DNA of 64,000 nt from an uncultured candidatus Brocadiaceae bacterium. Lineage in GTDB: Bacteria > Planctomycetota > UBA1135 > UBA2386. Position numbers and translations under genes: made by a program. The notes under the pieces are model-generated. The model saw only the letters and a program-made list of their open reading frames with translations, had not been told where the DNA came from and searched no databases. This document shows positions 62,766 to 64,000 of this stretch, piece by piece; the stretch's first letter is position 1, and each line of letters begins with the position of its first letter. Location of the stretch: positions 28,630 through 92,629 of the forward strand of contig CAYQMF010000003.1 in NCBI GenBank assembly GCA_964418595.1, given 5' to 3'.

Positions 62766-64000
62766 ATGAGGATCTCCGCCGCCATGCTCGCTGCCCTCGT
62801 GACCGCGTGGTTGCATCCGGTCCCTGGCCAGGGCATCGACGCCCTGCCCACGGAGCATGTGCAGCGGGTGGCGCTCGGGGCGTTCGTCGATCTCGACTCC
62901 GGCATCGTCCTGCCGGCGCGCCTCGCCGCGGGTCAGGCGGATCTGGTCTTCGACCGCGACGGCGGTGGGTTCTACGTGGATGCGCCCGCCGGCGCCGTGC
63001 CGGCGCTCCCCGCCGACACCGTCGCGCCGGAGCGCGATGCCTTCGCGCGGGGGCGGCAACGGATCGACCGCCGACAAGCGGGCGGGACCTGGTTCGTGCG
63101 CACGGATCTGCACGCCGTGGCGCGGGTCACGGTGCAGGTCATCGACCCGTACTCGACGGCCAGCGCCGTGCTGACATGGGTGCTCGCTCCGCCGCAGGCC
63201 GCCGAGTTCTGGCCGGCGCCCGAGGAACTGGCGGCGACCTTCGAGGGCGAAACGCTGCGCGTGCGGTGGCGGGCGGAGGAAGCGCGCTTCCTCGTGCGCG
63301 TCACAGTGGGCGAACGCGAGGAGTCGCTGACCGTCGCGCGCCCGGAGGTGTCGATCGAGCGCGCGCTCGGGGCGCGGTGCGTGGTCGAGGTGCGCGGCCA
63401 GCGCGCGCGCGGCGTGGTGACGCTGCCCGCGCGCCTCGTGCGGGTGGGCAACCCGCGCCCCGCGCAGCGGGCCGTGGTCACCTATCCGGATCGTTGGTAC
63501 GACGGAACCGGTGGGCTGAACCTGCAGCGGGGCGAGCCGGCGACGGAGGACGCCGACATCGCGTTCTATCTGTATGGCGTGTACGCGCCGGGCGGCGGCG
63601 TGCAGAAGGTCGGTGTCGGTGAAACGGCGTTCACGGCACTGGCCACGCTTCCGGAGCGTGGCTACGCGCCGAGCCATGGGCGTCTCGACGCGTGGGACGT
63701 CCTGGCGGTGCGCATCGCCGACGGTCGCGTCGGGAAGGTGATGCTCGTGCCCACCGACAGGAGCAACCTGCGCAGCGGCATGCGGGTGGTCTACGCTTTC
63801 CTGGCCGACGGTCGCACGCGGTTCCTGCCCGCACCCGCGGCCGGCGCGTTCGCGGTCGGGGTCGAGGGCGTGCGCGTCACCTGGTCGGCAGTGGAAGGTG
63901 CCGTCGACTACCGCATCGCGGCTGCAGGACGGCCGGTCGCACAGACGAGGGAACTGCGGCACACGGTCGAAAGCCTGGTGCGCGACCGGTTCCATCGCGT
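62766..64000 (+). CDS. secreted hypothetical protein, 3'-truncated by the window edge (absent from the ORF track)
   Basis: My own translation from the ATG at 62766 runs 411 codons with no stop to base 64000. It has a signal peptide (MRISAAMLAALVTAWLHPVPGQG), strong GC3 bias and an FN3-like segment (VRVTWSAVEGAVDYRI). Track ORF 62745..63995(-) is its antisense shadow. Confidence 0.65.
   Translation, partial: MRISAAMLAALVTAWLHPVPGQGIDALPTEHVQRVALGAFVDLDSGIVLPARLAAGQADLVFDRDGGGFYVDAPAGAVPALPADTVAPERDAFARGRQRIDRRQAGGTWFVRTDLHAVARVTVQVIDPYSTASAVLTWVLAPPQAAEFWPAPEELAATFEGETLRVRWRAEEARFLVRVTVGEREESLTVARPEVSIERALGARCVVEVRGQRARGVVTLPARLVRVGNPRPAQRAVVTYPDRWYDGTGGLNLQRGEPATEDADIAFYLYGVYAPGGGVQKVGVGETAFTALATLPERGYAPSHGRLDAWDVLAVRIADGRVGKVMLVPTDRSNLRSGMRVVYAFLADGRTRFLPAPAAGAFAVGVEGVRVTWSAVEGAVDYRIAAAGRPVAQTRELRHTVESLVRDRFHR

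Noticed and set aside
62745-63995. 416-aa minus-strand ORF at the right edge.
   Set aside because: Its composition is His/Arg/Asp-rich and shadow-like. The plus strand has an uninterrupted frame with a signal peptide and better codon bias (see the feature at 62766..64000).
1-64000. Mobile elements, prophage, toxin-antitoxin or known defence-system genes; rRNA/tRNA genes.
   Set aside because: No integrase, transposase, recombinase, phage structural, nuclease-helicase defence or Cas-like sequences were recognisable in any frame. The intergenic regions are too short or lack rRNA/tRNA signatures.

Overview
The window is 64 kb of very GC-rich DNA (about 70% GC by eye) and is densely coding. I support 47 protein-coding genes, two of them cut by the window edges. 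I found no rRNA, tRNA, CRISPR array, integrase, transposase or prophage signal. Because of the GC content, nearly every real gene has a long Arg/Pro/Gly/Ala-rich shadow ORF on the opposite strand. I chose genes by recognisable domain sequence, signal peptides, third-position GC bias and translational-coupling overlaps (ATGA/GTGA). Many track ORFs are too long at the 5' end and I trimmed them to an internal start. Gene content points to a Planctomycetota-like organism (inference only): a PSCyt/PSD protein paired with DUF1501, a ThuA-DUF1080 fusion, a PVC-type HEAT/cytochrome c protein and a PmoA-like DUF6807 protein. The main finding is a type III polyketide synthase locus at about 23.3-34.3 kb. 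It comprises the PKS, an ICMT-family methyltransferase, a UbiG-like methyltransferase, a lipoprotein and a YceI-like protein on one strand. An MMPL exporter, a flavoprotein, a second YceI-like protein and a histidine kinase run divergently, next to an NtrC-type sigma-54 activator. The divergent control region holds two oppositely oriented sigma-54-like -24/-12 motifs around three TGCA repeats. Other observations are listed here.
- A roughly 425-bp non-coding, hairpin-rich stretch with a double-hairpin T9 terminator and a 17-bp x3 tandem repeat.
- A 111-bp x2 tandem repeat between convergent genes.
- Q/E- and GTTQ/RG-rich low-complexity insertions inside an S9 peptidase.
- A pair of divergent secreted-protein paralogs, one with an anomalous N-terminus.
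- A PTPS/QueD homolog lacking the catalytic Cys.
- A two-component/ArnT-like/LptFG-like/PHP envelope locus.
- An open ORF at the right edge that the ORF track does not list.
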